Source: a virus. From it: a stretch of 45,960 nt of DNA. Below the pieces are notes generated by a model. The model was not told where the DNA came from, made no database searches, and worked only from the letters and a program-made list of their open reading frames with translations. The position numbers were made by a program, and so were the translations under genes. The stretch is taken from the IMG/VR virus record IMGVR_UViG_3300017424_000001, positions 1-45,960 of that record; one strand, 5' to 3'. Below are positions 1 through 6,915 of this stretch, piece after piece. The first letter of the stretch is position 1, and each line of letters opens with the position of its first letter.

Positions 1-123
1 GCTTTTGGCCCATGCCCGCGCCCGAACCATTACGGACGTGCGCGAACTCAATTGGGCGAGCCTTACAGCCGGGGATGCAGCACTCATGGCTGCGGACGAA
101 GGTGGCATGCGCAGGCGAACGCC
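1..123. repeat. Terminal direct repeat (left copy), identical to 45838-45960
   Basis: Base-by-base comparison: gcttttggcccatgcccgcg...gcaggcgaacgcc is present at both ends. Confidence 0.95.
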
Positions 124-172
124 AGCGGCTGGAGCGCTTGGACTCTTTCGGGATGCGGCGAGGTAGCGCCAT
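1..172 (-). CDS. DUF968/HNH-like Zn-binding nuclease, 5-prime part (gene wraps around the circle and continues at 45960 down to 45662)
   Basis: Hand translation of the minus strand: ATG at 170-172 (TAATG overlap with the erf stop) gives MALPRRIPKESKRSSRWRSPAHATFVRSHECCIPGCKARPIEFAHVRNGSGAGMGQK... in frame with ORF 45662..45850. Joined product is 115 aa. Confidence 0.7.
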   Translation of the reverse strand, partial: MALPRRIPKESKRSSRWRSPAHATFVRSHECCIPGCKARPIEFAHVRNGSGAGMGQK

Positions 173-861
173 TAGAACGCATCCCCCGCACTCAGGACGG
201 CGCGGCGATCGGTAAACGCCTTCTGCACCGCCTTAAAGATAAACGGATCAACCTTGTTGACGCCGTTGATCAGCCGCTTGTTCTTGTCGCGCAGCTCGTC
301 CAAGCTATCGTTGTCGACGGCCAGACCGGCCTCTTCGATCAGATCGCGCGCCCAATCGCCCCAGCCGGTCGCGGGCTCTTCGATGTGAACCTTGACCTCA
401 TGCGTTTCCTCGTCGGCGTCGGGCGTGCCCTCAACCGGAATATTGAACAGCATGAACGCCGCGCTCTTGTACGCTGCGGACATGGCCTTGGCGGTGGACT
501 TGTCGCCACTGTCGAGAGCTTCACCATAGGATGAAGCGGTGTGCTGCGAGCCGTCCTTGACCGAGACGAAATCGAATTCGCCCTTGACGGTCGTATAGAA
601 CAGGTTGCCGCCTGACTTCGATACGCGCTCGACCTGTGCCCGCTCGACGATACGAGGGATCACCACCAGCCCCTTAGCGGGCAGCAGCGGCCCGAGCGTC
701 TCATAGACGTCGTCGATGCCGCGGAACATGTAACCGCTGCCCTGCGAGTTTTTGCGCGTCTTGGCGATGCCGACCTTGGCAATCTCGGCTTGGACTTCGG
801 CAATCGCCGCATAGATCTGTGGTGCCGTCATGGCGTCGTTCCCTGTTTCGCTGGCCATCAT
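172..861 (-). CDS. erf: ERF-family single-strand annealing recombinase
   Basis: ORF 172..1032. Start chosen at ATGATG 856-861, which overlaps the upstream stop (ATGA). IAKTRKNSQGSGYMFRGIDDVYETLGPLLPAKGLVV is typical of the ERF superfamily. Confidence 0.8.
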   Translation of the reverse strand: MMASETGNDAMTAPQIYAAIAEVQAEIAKVGIAKTRKNSQGSGYMFRGIDDVYETLGPLLPAKGLVVIPRIVERAQVERVSKSGGNLFYTTVKGEFDFVSVKDGSQHTASSYGEALDSGDKSTAKAMSAAYKSAAFMLFNIPVEGTPDADEETHEVKVHIEEPATGWGDWARDLIEEAGLAVDNDSLDELRDKNKRLINGVNKVDPFIFKAVQKAFTDRRAVLSAGDAF

Positions 862-1646
862 GCGGCCTGCTTGATTTCGGTGATGCGGAAGCCGGGGATC
901 GCGCCGGGGGGCTTGGTGCCGACCCGGATGATGTCGCGCGCCTGCTCGAGCATCCATTCCTTGAGCTCGGCTGGACGCATCTGGCGGAAGTAGGCGAGCG
1001 CCGCGGCTGGATCGTCCAGCGTTGGCGTCCACACCGCCTTCATCCCGATCGCACGACCGCCACCCGTGGCGTGGACTTGTGCGCGTGCCTTCTCGGCATG
1101 ACCGGCAGTCTTGGCGATGGCCTTGGCTTCGGTCTGGAGGCGTTCGGCCTCCTCACGCTCGGCAAGGTTCGTCGACAGTGCCGCGGCTTGCGATGCTTCC
1201 CGCGCCTTGCGCTCAGCCTCGAGCTGCTGCTCGCGCAATGCTGCGGCCTCTTCGCGCTGCTGGCGGTCCAACTCAGCGAGGTAAGGCGCCAACGCAGTGT
1301 TCAGCGCGGACAGGGCGAGAGCCGTCTTCCCCTTGTCCTTGTGGATCAGGGGATTGTAGGCGTCCTGCACCTTCTTCTTGGCCTCGTCGAACGGCTTGGC
1401 CTCGGCAACGCGCCGTTCCTCGCCAACCTTCGCCGCTGCCTGGATCCGCTTGCGTAGTTCCGCGACCTCGGAAGCCTGCCCGGCCGTGACGATTGGTTCG
1501 CCGTCCAGCCAAAGCTTAGCTTCGTCGTAGAGGTCGTTGACCTCCTTTGCCGTTATCTCGATCGGCGTGGGCTCTGGCGGATTGTTGTCGCCGAGCGGTG
1601 GGTTGCGGTCGAGCTCGTCAAGCAAGTCCGCGACCGTGGCGACCAT
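858..1646 (-). CDS. Coiled-coil protein of the recombination module, function unknown
   Basis: ORF 858..1673. ATG at 1646 has a GGAGG 7 nt upstream; alternative ATG at 1673. Long E/A/K/R-rich central helix. Confidence 0.6.
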   Translation of the reverse strand: MVATVADLLDELDRNPPLGDNNPPEPTPIEITAKEVNDLYDEAKLWLDGEPIVTAGQASEVAELRKRIQAAAKVGEERRVAEAKPFDEAKKKVQDAYNPLIHKDKGKTALALSALNTALAPYLAELDRQQREEAAALREQQLEAERKAREASQAAALSTNLAEREEAERLQTEAKAIAKTAGHAEKARAQVHATGGGRAIGMKAVWTPTLDDPAAALAYFRQMRPAELKEWMLEQARDIIRVGTKPPGAIPGFRITEIKQAA

Positions 1647-1662
1647 CGTGCCGCCTCCGATG

Positions 1663-1944
1663 TCAGCAGGCATGTGCCTTATCCTTCTTCATGTCAGCCG
1701 CAGCCTTGACGCGGGCCTCAGCCATGTTCCGCAGCTTGGCGCGGGCCATGTGAAGCGCGCAGTCGAGCGTGACGCTCTCGCTGGTCGCGGTGTCGACGTG
1801 GTTGGCGACGGTGACGGACACGCTGCCGTCGAAGCTCTCGGCGTTCGGTGCGTGCGCGGTGAACCCCAAGGTGATGAGGTTCTCGTCGGGATGGCGGATG
1901 CTTTGCAGCAGAACGCCGATCGCGTTGATGTCGGTGGTCTTCAT
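1663..1944 (-). CDS. Hypothetical protein
   Basis: ORF track, 93 aa, fits the compact minus-strand operon. Confidence 0.55.
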   Translation of the reverse strand: MKTTDINAIGVLLQSIRHPDENLITLGFTAHAPNAESFDGSVSVTVANHVDTATSESVTLDCALHMARAKLRNMAEARVKAAADMKKDKAHAC

Positions 1945-2037
1945 GCCGCCTGGCCCTTCTTTAGGTCAGCCGCACGCTCAGCCCATGTCCGACCGTCAAA
2001 GCAGCGGAGAGGGAATGGAGACGGTGCAGCGCCGGGT

Positions 2038-2064
2038 ATAAAAGGGCGGGCGCGGGTTGCCGCC
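2038..2064 (-). terminator. Weak candidate intrinsic terminator on the minus strand
   Basis: Minus strand reads GGCGG-(10 nt)-CCGCC followed by CTTTTAT, just downstream of the gene ending at 2084. Short stem, so marginal. Confidence 0.3.
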
Positions 2065-2083
2065 TTGGTGCTTGCGGGAATGG

Positions 2084-2338
2084 TCATGCCGCGATGTCCA
2101 TCGGCGCGAAGGTCGCGACCGGCTCGCAGGCCGGGCTGCGAATAGCGTTCAGTTCGCTGATTGCCGAGCCGACAACCTCGGACGAGGTGTCGCCGATCTT
2201 ATTAAAGGCGCACTTGCCGCCGCCTTGCGCTGTCGCGTTCAGGATGCGTCGGTCATCACTGACGCGCAAAACCTGAATGGAAAGGCTGGAAAGATTGTGC
2301 TGTTCAAGAAGAGCGAAAAGCTGTTGTTCGAGGGTCAT
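2084..2338 (-). CDS. Hypothetical protein
   Basis: ORF 2084..2443 trimmed to ATG 2338 (MTLEQQLFALLEQ...), 1 nt after the upstream TAA. Confidence 0.55.
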   Translation of the reverse strand: MTLEQQLFALLEQHNLSSLSIQVLRVSDDRRILNATAQGGGKCAFNKIGDTSSEVVGSAISELNAIRSPACEPVATFAPMDIAA

Positions 2339-2339
2339 T

Positions 2340-2483
2340 TTAGCGGACCTTTCGATTACGGATGATGGAGCATGCAGTGCGGCGGATCCGAGCCAGTCGC
2401 TCGCGCTCATCGCGGTCGATGATGTGCTGGCAGGGCTCGCCATTGAAATATTGCGCTTCGCTGGCGGGAGGCAGGTGCGTCAC
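2340..2483 (-). CDS. Small hypothetical protein (47 aa)
   Basis: In frame with ORF 2340..2543. GTG at 2483 overlaps the upstream stop (GTGA) and has GGAGG (complement of 2491-2495) 7 nt upstream. Confidence 0.5.
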   Translation of the reverse strand: MTHLPPASEAQYFNGEPCQHIIDRDERERLARIRRTACSIIRNRKVR

Positions 2484-2836
2484 GACCGCGCCTCCTGACC
2501 AAGAGCCGCATCGATCACCGCGTCCACAGTCTCCTGCGACCATGCGACGAGGGGGGCGTAAGCTGCATCGATCGCAGCCTGCGGAGCGTCAGGACCGATA
2601 GCGAAATACGCTTCGGTGCAGAGCGCATGAACCTCAGCGCCAAACCGATCGTACAGCTTGCGAAGGTGATCGACCCGCGAGCCGACGTACTCGAAGCCCT
2701 GCTGCCACTCGTCGCGAAAGTGCTGCTGCTCGGGTGGGCGCTTCGTCAGGCTGGCGAGCAACGCCTGTGCCTGGGGATCGGAATACCACCGCGCCAGCTC
2801 GGGCTGCGGGGCTGGAAACTTGAGGACAGTGGCCAT
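2480..2836 (-). CDS. Hypothetical protein, first gene of the leftward early operon
   Basis: ORF track, 118 aa. GGAG 9 nt upstream of ATG 2836. Lies directly downstream of the proposed PL/OL. Confidence 0.6.
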   Translation of the reverse strand: MATVLKFPAPQPELARWYSDPQAQALLASLTKRPPEQQHFRDEWQQGFEYVGSRVDHLRKLYDRFGAEVHALCTEAYFAIGPDAPQAAIDAAYAPLVAWSQETVDAVIDAALGQEARS

Positions 2837-2883
2837 GTGGCTTGCTCCAGTTCAACGGGCCGGATGCCTCGTTGTCTGGAGCC

Positions 2884-2936
2884 TGTTTAGAATGGCTAAA
2901 CGCCAAACGCAACCAAAATGTTTAGCCTGCCGAAAC
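2884..2936. promoter_or_regulatory. OL-like region: two 17-bp operators plus a candidate leftward early promoter
   Basis: Perfect GTTTAGaatggCTAAAC at 2885-2901 and GTTTAGcctgcCGAAAC at 2920-2936. On the minus strand, TTGCGT (2907-2912), a 17-nt spacer, then TAAACA (2884-2889). Confidence 0.6.
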
Positions 2937-3233
2937 TTTCCTCGAAGGCGTTTCCGACTCGATGGTTTCCACGTCATGAGCGACGCGAAGTAGATCGGCG
3001 CGCAACCGCCGCAGCGCCATGGCGTCCTTAGGATGCATCAAAAGCTCGTATGGATGTAGGTTAAGGTAATCTGACAACTCATTTAATGAATCACGGTCGT
3101 ATTGCTGTTTTCCATGCAGCATGAGGCTGACGCGAGCCTTATTCCAGTCCAGATCGCGAACGATATCTGCCTGCTTCTTATGCAGCGTCTGAAGCCATTC
3201 CTTCAGATACCAATCGTGTGCGGGTGTGGCCAT
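2922..3233 (-). CDS. CI-like HTH (XRE-type) prophage repressor, 103 aa, no S24 peptidase domain
   Basis: ORF 2922..3401 trimmed to ATG 3233 (MATPAHDWYLKEWLQTLHKKQADIVRDLDWNKARVSLMLHGKQ...). Divergent from a Cro-like gene and flanked by operators. Confidence 0.7.
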   Translation of the reverse strand: MATPAHDWYLKEWLQTLHKKQADIVRDLDWNKARVSLMLHGKQQYDRDSLNELSDYLNLHPYELLMHPKDAMALRRLRADLLRVAHDVETIESETPSRKVSAG

Positions 3234-3239
3234 ACCGGC

Positions 3240-3320
3240 ACAATACCAAACCCCGCGCGCCGCGTCGTTTCGGTCAGCTAAACGATTTTGCTTGCAGCTT
3301 TCGTTTAGAATGGCTAAACG
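3240..3320. promoter_or_regulatory. OR-like region: two operators and divergent promoters
   Basis: Degenerate GTTTCGgtcagCTAAAC at 3267-3283 and perfect GTTTAGaatggCTAAAC at 3303-3319. Rightward promoter: TTGCAG 3292-3297, 17 nt, TAAACG 3315-3320. Leftward -10-like TATTGT (complement of 3240-3245). Confidence 0.6.
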
Positions 3321-3327
3321 AAACTGC

Positions 3328-3600
3328 ATGACGACGCTCGATACATATCTGGACCGCGACGGTTCGAAAAAGCTGACGGCGCTTGCTGCTGCTGTCGGCA
3401 TTTCGAAGGGTCGCCTTTCTCAACTGCGCAATGCAACGGAGTGGCCTCCGGAGCTGGCGATGAAGATCGAAAAGGAGACGGGCGGGGCGCTTGACGCAGG
3501 CGCGCTCTCGTCGATTGTCGCGCAAGCCCGGGTCGGGATGGAAACCGCTGCCCCCGTCACGAAGCGGGTTCGTAGATCTGCATCGCAGGTGGTGGCATGA
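3328..3600 (+). CDS. Cro/YdaS-like HTH regulator
   Basis: ORF 3226..3600 trimmed to ATG 3328 (MTTLDTYLDRDGSKKLTALAAAVGISKGRLSQLRNATEWPPELAMKIEKETGG...). Divergent from the repressor. Confidence 0.65.
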   Translation: MTTLDTYLDRDGSKKLTALAAAVGISKGRLSQLRNATEWPPELAMKIEKETGGALDAGALSSIVAQARVGMETAAPVTKRVRRSASQVVA

Positions 3601-4565
3601 GCGTCTATTTCGTTCAGCGTGCCGACGGCGGTCCGATCAAGATCGGGTGCAGCGCCTTCCTCGATGCCCGGCTGACCCAGCTCGCGATCAACACGAAGGC
3701 AAAGCTCGTTCTTCTTGCTTCTGCTCCGGGAAGTTTTCGCGAGGAGGGTCGGCTGCATCGTCAGTTCGCAGCCCTGCGCGTCGAAGGTGAATGGTTCGAA
3801 GACTGCGCGATCCTTCGGGCGGCGATCGCTCACGTTGCACGTACCGGTGCGTTGCCGCCTCCGATCGAGCAGGATCGTGAGATCGTAATGGCTGGCCGGT
3901 ATCTGTCCGGCGAGACGCTGCAATCGATCGCTGACGACTTCGATATGACCCGCGAGCGCGTGCGTCAGATTCTTCGCGCCTCGAATGTCCCATCGCTGGG
4001 CCACCGCCAGAGCACTCGCCGGAAGGCCGCTCCCATCACCGACGCCGAGCGTGAGGTCGCAGAGGTCTATGCGACCGGCGAGACGCCGCCCGCCGAATTG
4101 CAGGAGCGGTACGGGATCGATGCAAGTCGCCTCACTATGATCCTGAAGAGGACCGGCACGAAGTGCTTCGGTGTCGCCTATTGGCGCACCCGCGACGACG
4201 ATGCCGAGCGCACCGCAAAGATCGTCGAGCTGTATCAGTCGGGCGCCAAGTGCCAGGACATCGCTGCTGAAGTCGGACTCCCCGCGACGGAGCACATCTA
4301 CCGCTACCTCCAAAAAGCCGGGGTTAAGGCTTCGCGCAAGCCGCACGGTAACCTGGACCCCGCGGATGTTATTCGCCGATATACTTCCGGCTCGACGATC
4401 AAGGCCATTGCTGAAGCTCTGAGTTCTGCACCTGCTACGGTTCACCGCGTACTCGAAAAAGGCGGCGCGCTTCGAAGCCGCGCCGAGAATGAAGCGATCC
4501 GCGTTGCCGCTGTTCGCGCTGCCAATATTCGGCGTCATGCCGCAGCTTCGGCGGCCGCAGCATGA
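3597..4565 (+). CDS. T5orf172 (GIY-YIG-like) domain protein fused to four HTH repeats
   Basis: N-terminus VYFVQ..GPIKIGCS..L..RL..L...E..LH..F...R..GEWF matches the T5orf172/MUG113 pattern. This is followed by four sigma-70 region-4-like HTH units. ATGA overlap with cro. Confidence 0.6.
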   Translation: MSVYFVQRADGGPIKIGCSAFLDARLTQLAINTKAKLVLLASAPGSFREEGRLHRQFAALRVEGEWFEDCAILRAAIAHVARTGALPPPIEQDREIVMAGRYLSGETLQSIADDFDMTRERVRQILRASNVPSLGHRQSTRRKAAPITDAEREVAEVYATGETPPAELQERYGIDASRLTMILKRTGTKCFGVAYWRTRDDDAERTAKIVELYQSGAKCQDIAAEVGLPATEHIYRYLQKAGVKASRKPHGNLDPADVIRRYTSGSTIKAIAEALSSAPATVHRVLEKGGALRSRAENEAIRVAAVRAANIRRHAAASAAAA

Positions 4566-4783
4566 GCGCGCAGGCCATCTTCGCGATCCTGCTGGGCTGG
4601 ACGGTTGCCGCCTTCGTGTTCGGCCTTCTGTTCGCCCGCGCCATCCCAGCTAGCCCAGAACCAGACGAGCATGAGGCGTGCCACGGCGACCCTGAATGGC
4701 GTCGGGCAATCGGCGAGCCGGGGATGATCGATAATTTCCATAACGGTTCTAATCTCACCCAGGAGCGCAGCAATCATGGCTGA
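4562..4783 (+). CDS. Small membrane protein
   Basis: ORF track. ATGA overlap. N-terminal hydrophobic helix AIFAILLGWTVAAFVFGLLFA. Confidence 0.5.
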   Translation: MSAQAIFAILLGWTVAAFVFGLLFARAIPASPEPDEHEACHGDPEWRRAIGEPGMIDNFHNGSNLTQERSNHG

Positions 4784-5204
4784 TGCAAATACGATCGTGC
4801 GCGAACGCCAGTTGGTCGTCCGCCGCGAAATGGACCGCCGCGGGATCAGCCTCAAAGCGGTCTCCCTCGACAGTGGCGTGCCTTACCCGTCCATCGTCTC
4901 CTACTTCCCCGGCGAGCGCGACAAGGTGCCGGCGACGATCAGCAGCGCGGTGATCTACCAGTTGCTCGCGACTGACGCTCTGCCGCTCGATCTGCTGTCG
5001 CTGATCCTGCCAGACGGTTTCCAGATCGTCCGTGTGCCCGAGGGCATCGATCACGATCGCGCCTGTGAGCTGGCGGCACATTACATCGCCGAAAAGAACC
5101 GTGCGCACCACCCGGAAAGCGAAGCCGGTCGCGACATCGGCCCGGGCGAAGCTGACGCGCTGAACTGCGTTGTCATGCAGCTGGTCGGGGGGATCGCAGC
5201 ATGA
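4776..5204 (+). CDS. HTH regulator, possibly CII-like
   Basis: ORF track, 142 aa. Its position after cro and the HTH-like ISLKAVSLDSGVPYPSIVSYF support the call. Family assignment is tentative. Confidence 0.4.
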   Translation: MADANTIVRERQLVVRREMDRRGISLKAVSLDSGVPYPSIVSYFPGERDKVPATISSAVIYQLLATDALPLDLLSLILPDGFQIVRVPEGIDHDRACELAAHYIAEKNRAHHPESEAGRDIGPGEADALNCVVMQLVGGIAA

Positions 5205-5374
5205 AGATCTGGCCGTTCACCACCGCCAGCGCGGCCCCAACGCCTGCTGACGCCGCACGCACCCTCGGTGCCATTGCGCGCAAGAACGCAGCCGATCGTC
5301 AAGCTGCCATGCTTTGCGAGCTGCGCCGCGAAGTCCTCGAGTGCGACATCACGCCGCTGGGGTGGAAAGCATGA
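5201..5374 (+). CDS. Small hypothetical protein (57 aa, below the ORF-track cutoff)
   Basis: Hand translation gives MKIWPFTTASAAPTPADAARTLGAIARKNAADRQAAMLCELRREVLECDITPLGWKA. ATGA overlaps at both ends (5201, 5371). Confidence 0.45.
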   Translation: MKIWPFTTASAAPTPADAARTLGAIARKNAADRQAAMLCELRREVLECDITPLGWKA

Positions 5375-6045
5375 CCACGGTAACAGCGGCGGACTACGAG
5401 AAGATCCGCGCCATGGTCGCAGCAGGCGACAACGCCAGGGGCATCGGCGACGCGCTCGGTGTCCATGCCAACACGATCATCTACACGGTCCGTAAGCGCA
5501 AGCTGGGACCTTGGGTTGCATCAAGCGGCCTGCGCAAGTGCCCAGCCGACTTCGCGACGGTCGCGATCGGCAAGACCAACGACCAGCTCGCAGTGCTCTA
5601 TAGCTGCAACAAGCAATCGCCGGCACGCTGGCGGGTCGAGTGCGGTTTGCCCGCAGGTCCGACCCGCGCAGACCGTAAGCAGATGCCGGAGGGCTTTGCC
5701 GAGTTCATCAAAACGCACAGCGTCGCCGAGGCATGCAAGCGCTTTGCGCTCCATAAGGACACCGCGCGCCGGTTCCGCAATGAGCTTGGCGTTCCCGCAG
5801 CCCGTCCGATGCATCTGGTGCGTAACGCCTATCAGACAACGCCAGTGGATCGCCCGCCGCGCGACATGTCGGCTGCTGGCCAGGCCTGCGACTATCTGCG
5901 TCGGTTCGGCCCCGTGTCGCGCTGCGATGACCGCGATGGCTACTGGCGCCGCGGTTCAGCAATCCTGACGGGCGCCGAACTGATTGAGCGCGCAGAGCGG
6001 CTGGGTTGGACCCGTGACGCTTGGGCACAGGTCAAGGCGGCATGA
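5371..6045 (+). CDS. HTH DNA-binding protein (GcrA-like N-terminal HTH), function unknown
   Basis: ORF 5314..6045 trimmed to ATG 5371 (ATGA overlap). N-terminus is YEKIRAMVAAGDNARGIGDALGVHANTIIYTVRKRKL. Confidence 0.5.
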   Translation: MTTVTAADYEKIRAMVAAGDNARGIGDALGVHANTIIYTVRKRKLGPWVASSGLRKCPADFATVAIGKTNDQLAVLYSCNKQSPARWRVECGLPAGPTRADRKQMPEGFAEFIKTHSVAEACKRFALHKDTARRFRNELGVPAARPMHLVRNAYQTTPVDRPPRDMSAAGQACDYLRRFGPVSRCDDRDGYWRRGSAILTGAELIERAERLGWTRDAWAQVKAA

Positions 6046-6269
6046 GGGCGCCCCTCGTCCCAGACGATGGCCTGCGCAATCACCGGCCCGGCATTCTCGG
6101 GACCAACAAGCGATACCCGTGCGGCCATCCTCGCACTGCCGAGAACACCCGCGTCAGCCCTACTCGGCTGGACTGCAAGCTCTGCCGACGTCGCATTGAG
6201 CGCGAAGCCTACCATCGTCGCAAAGCCGCGGCCGCTTTCTCCATCCAAAACACGAAGGCACCAGCATGA
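6042..6269 (+). CDS. Small Zn-ribbon protein (C-x-H...C-x-x-C)
   Basis: ORF 6021..6269 trimmed to ATG 6042 (ATGA overlap). Contains [27 protein letters not shown]. Confidence 0.5.
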   Translation: MRAPLVPDDGLRNHRPGILGTNKRYPCGHPRTAENTRVSPTRLDCKLCRRRIEREAYHRRKAAAAFSIQNTKAPA

Positions 6270-6553
6270 CCGAACAGACCACACGACAGCACGGCATGGG
6301 CGGCGGGAACATCGCGGCCGATGAGCTGCGCCTTCTGATCGAACGCGCCGAGCGTCTCGAGGAAGAGAAGAAGGGGATCAGCGACGACATCAAGGACGTG
6401 ATGGCTGAGGCGAAGGGCCGGGGATACGACCCCAAGGCCATCCGCAAGATCCTGTCGATCCGCAAGAAGCGCGCCGAAGAGGTCCAGGAAGAGAACGCTA
6501 TCCTGCAGATCTACATGGAAGCGCTCGGCATGCAGACGACGTTCGGCTTCTGA
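6266..6553 (+). CDS. gapR: GapR-like nucleoid-associated protein (DUF2312/UPF0335)
   Basis: [69 protein letters not shown] closely follows the GapR/DUF2312 pattern. Confidence 0.85.
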   Translation: MTEQTTRQHGMGGGNIAADELRLLIERAERLEEEKKGISDDIKDVMAEAKGRGYDPKAIRKILSIRKKRAEEVQEENAILQIYMEALGMQTTFGF

Positions 6554-6915
6554 TGCGCCCCGAGGACGCCTTGCAGGCCTCGGTTGCCGCCTACCTCAAC
6601 GTAGCGCTCCCGCGCGCGTCGTGGTGGACTGCGACTGCCAACGGCGCGTTCCTTGGTGGGGACGTGAAGCGCCGCGCTATCCAGTCCCGCCGCATGAAGC
6701 TGGCCGGGGTCAAGAACGGCACGCCCGACATCCTGATCGTCTGGGACGGGCGCCTGTTCGCGGTCGAGCTCAAGACGGCCAAGGGCAAGCTTACGGATGC
6801 CCAGAAGGACGCGTGCGATGGAATCGTTGGGGCAGGGGGCGGCTGGACCGTCGCCCGCTCGATCGACGAGGTTTCGGCCTTCCTGCGCTCGCACAACGTG
6901 CCGGTGTCTGCATGA
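6553..6915 (+). CDS. VRR-NUC domain nuclease (PD-(D/E)xK)
   Basis: GTPDILIVWDGRLFAVELKTAKGKLTDAQ carries the D...E-x-K core typical of VRR-NUC. TGATG junction. Confidence 0.75.
   Translation: MRPEDALQASVAAYLNVALPRASWWTATANGAFLGGDVKRRAIQSRRMKLAGVKNGTPDILIVWDGRLFAVELKTAKGKLTDAQKDACDGIVGAGGGWTVARSIDEVSAFLRSHNVPVSA

Noticed and set aside
1-123. The 123-bp end repeats as IS or LTR-type boundaries or att sites
   Set aside because: They are direct, identical, and interrupt a single ORF that reads seamlessly across the junction. The true att core is at 41927-41974. An assembly overlap or terminal redundancy explains them better.
2922-3600. Full-length ORF-track versions of the repressor (2922..3401) and cro-like gene (3226..3600)
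   Set aside because: They would overlap each other head-to-head by 176 nt and bury the operators. The trimmed starts (3233 and 3328) begin exactly where the recognisable HTH proteins begin.
3420-4538. Long antisense ORFs opposite confirmed genes (3420..4538, 6938..7621, 7468..8268, 8317..9231, 16084..17265, 17658..18761, 21406..22137, 33313..34173, 34417..35121)
   Set aside because: These are typical stop-poor shadow frames of a GC-rich genome. They lie fully inside genes with clear family signatures on the other strand. Their products are Arg/Ala/Gly/Pro-rich and low in complexity.
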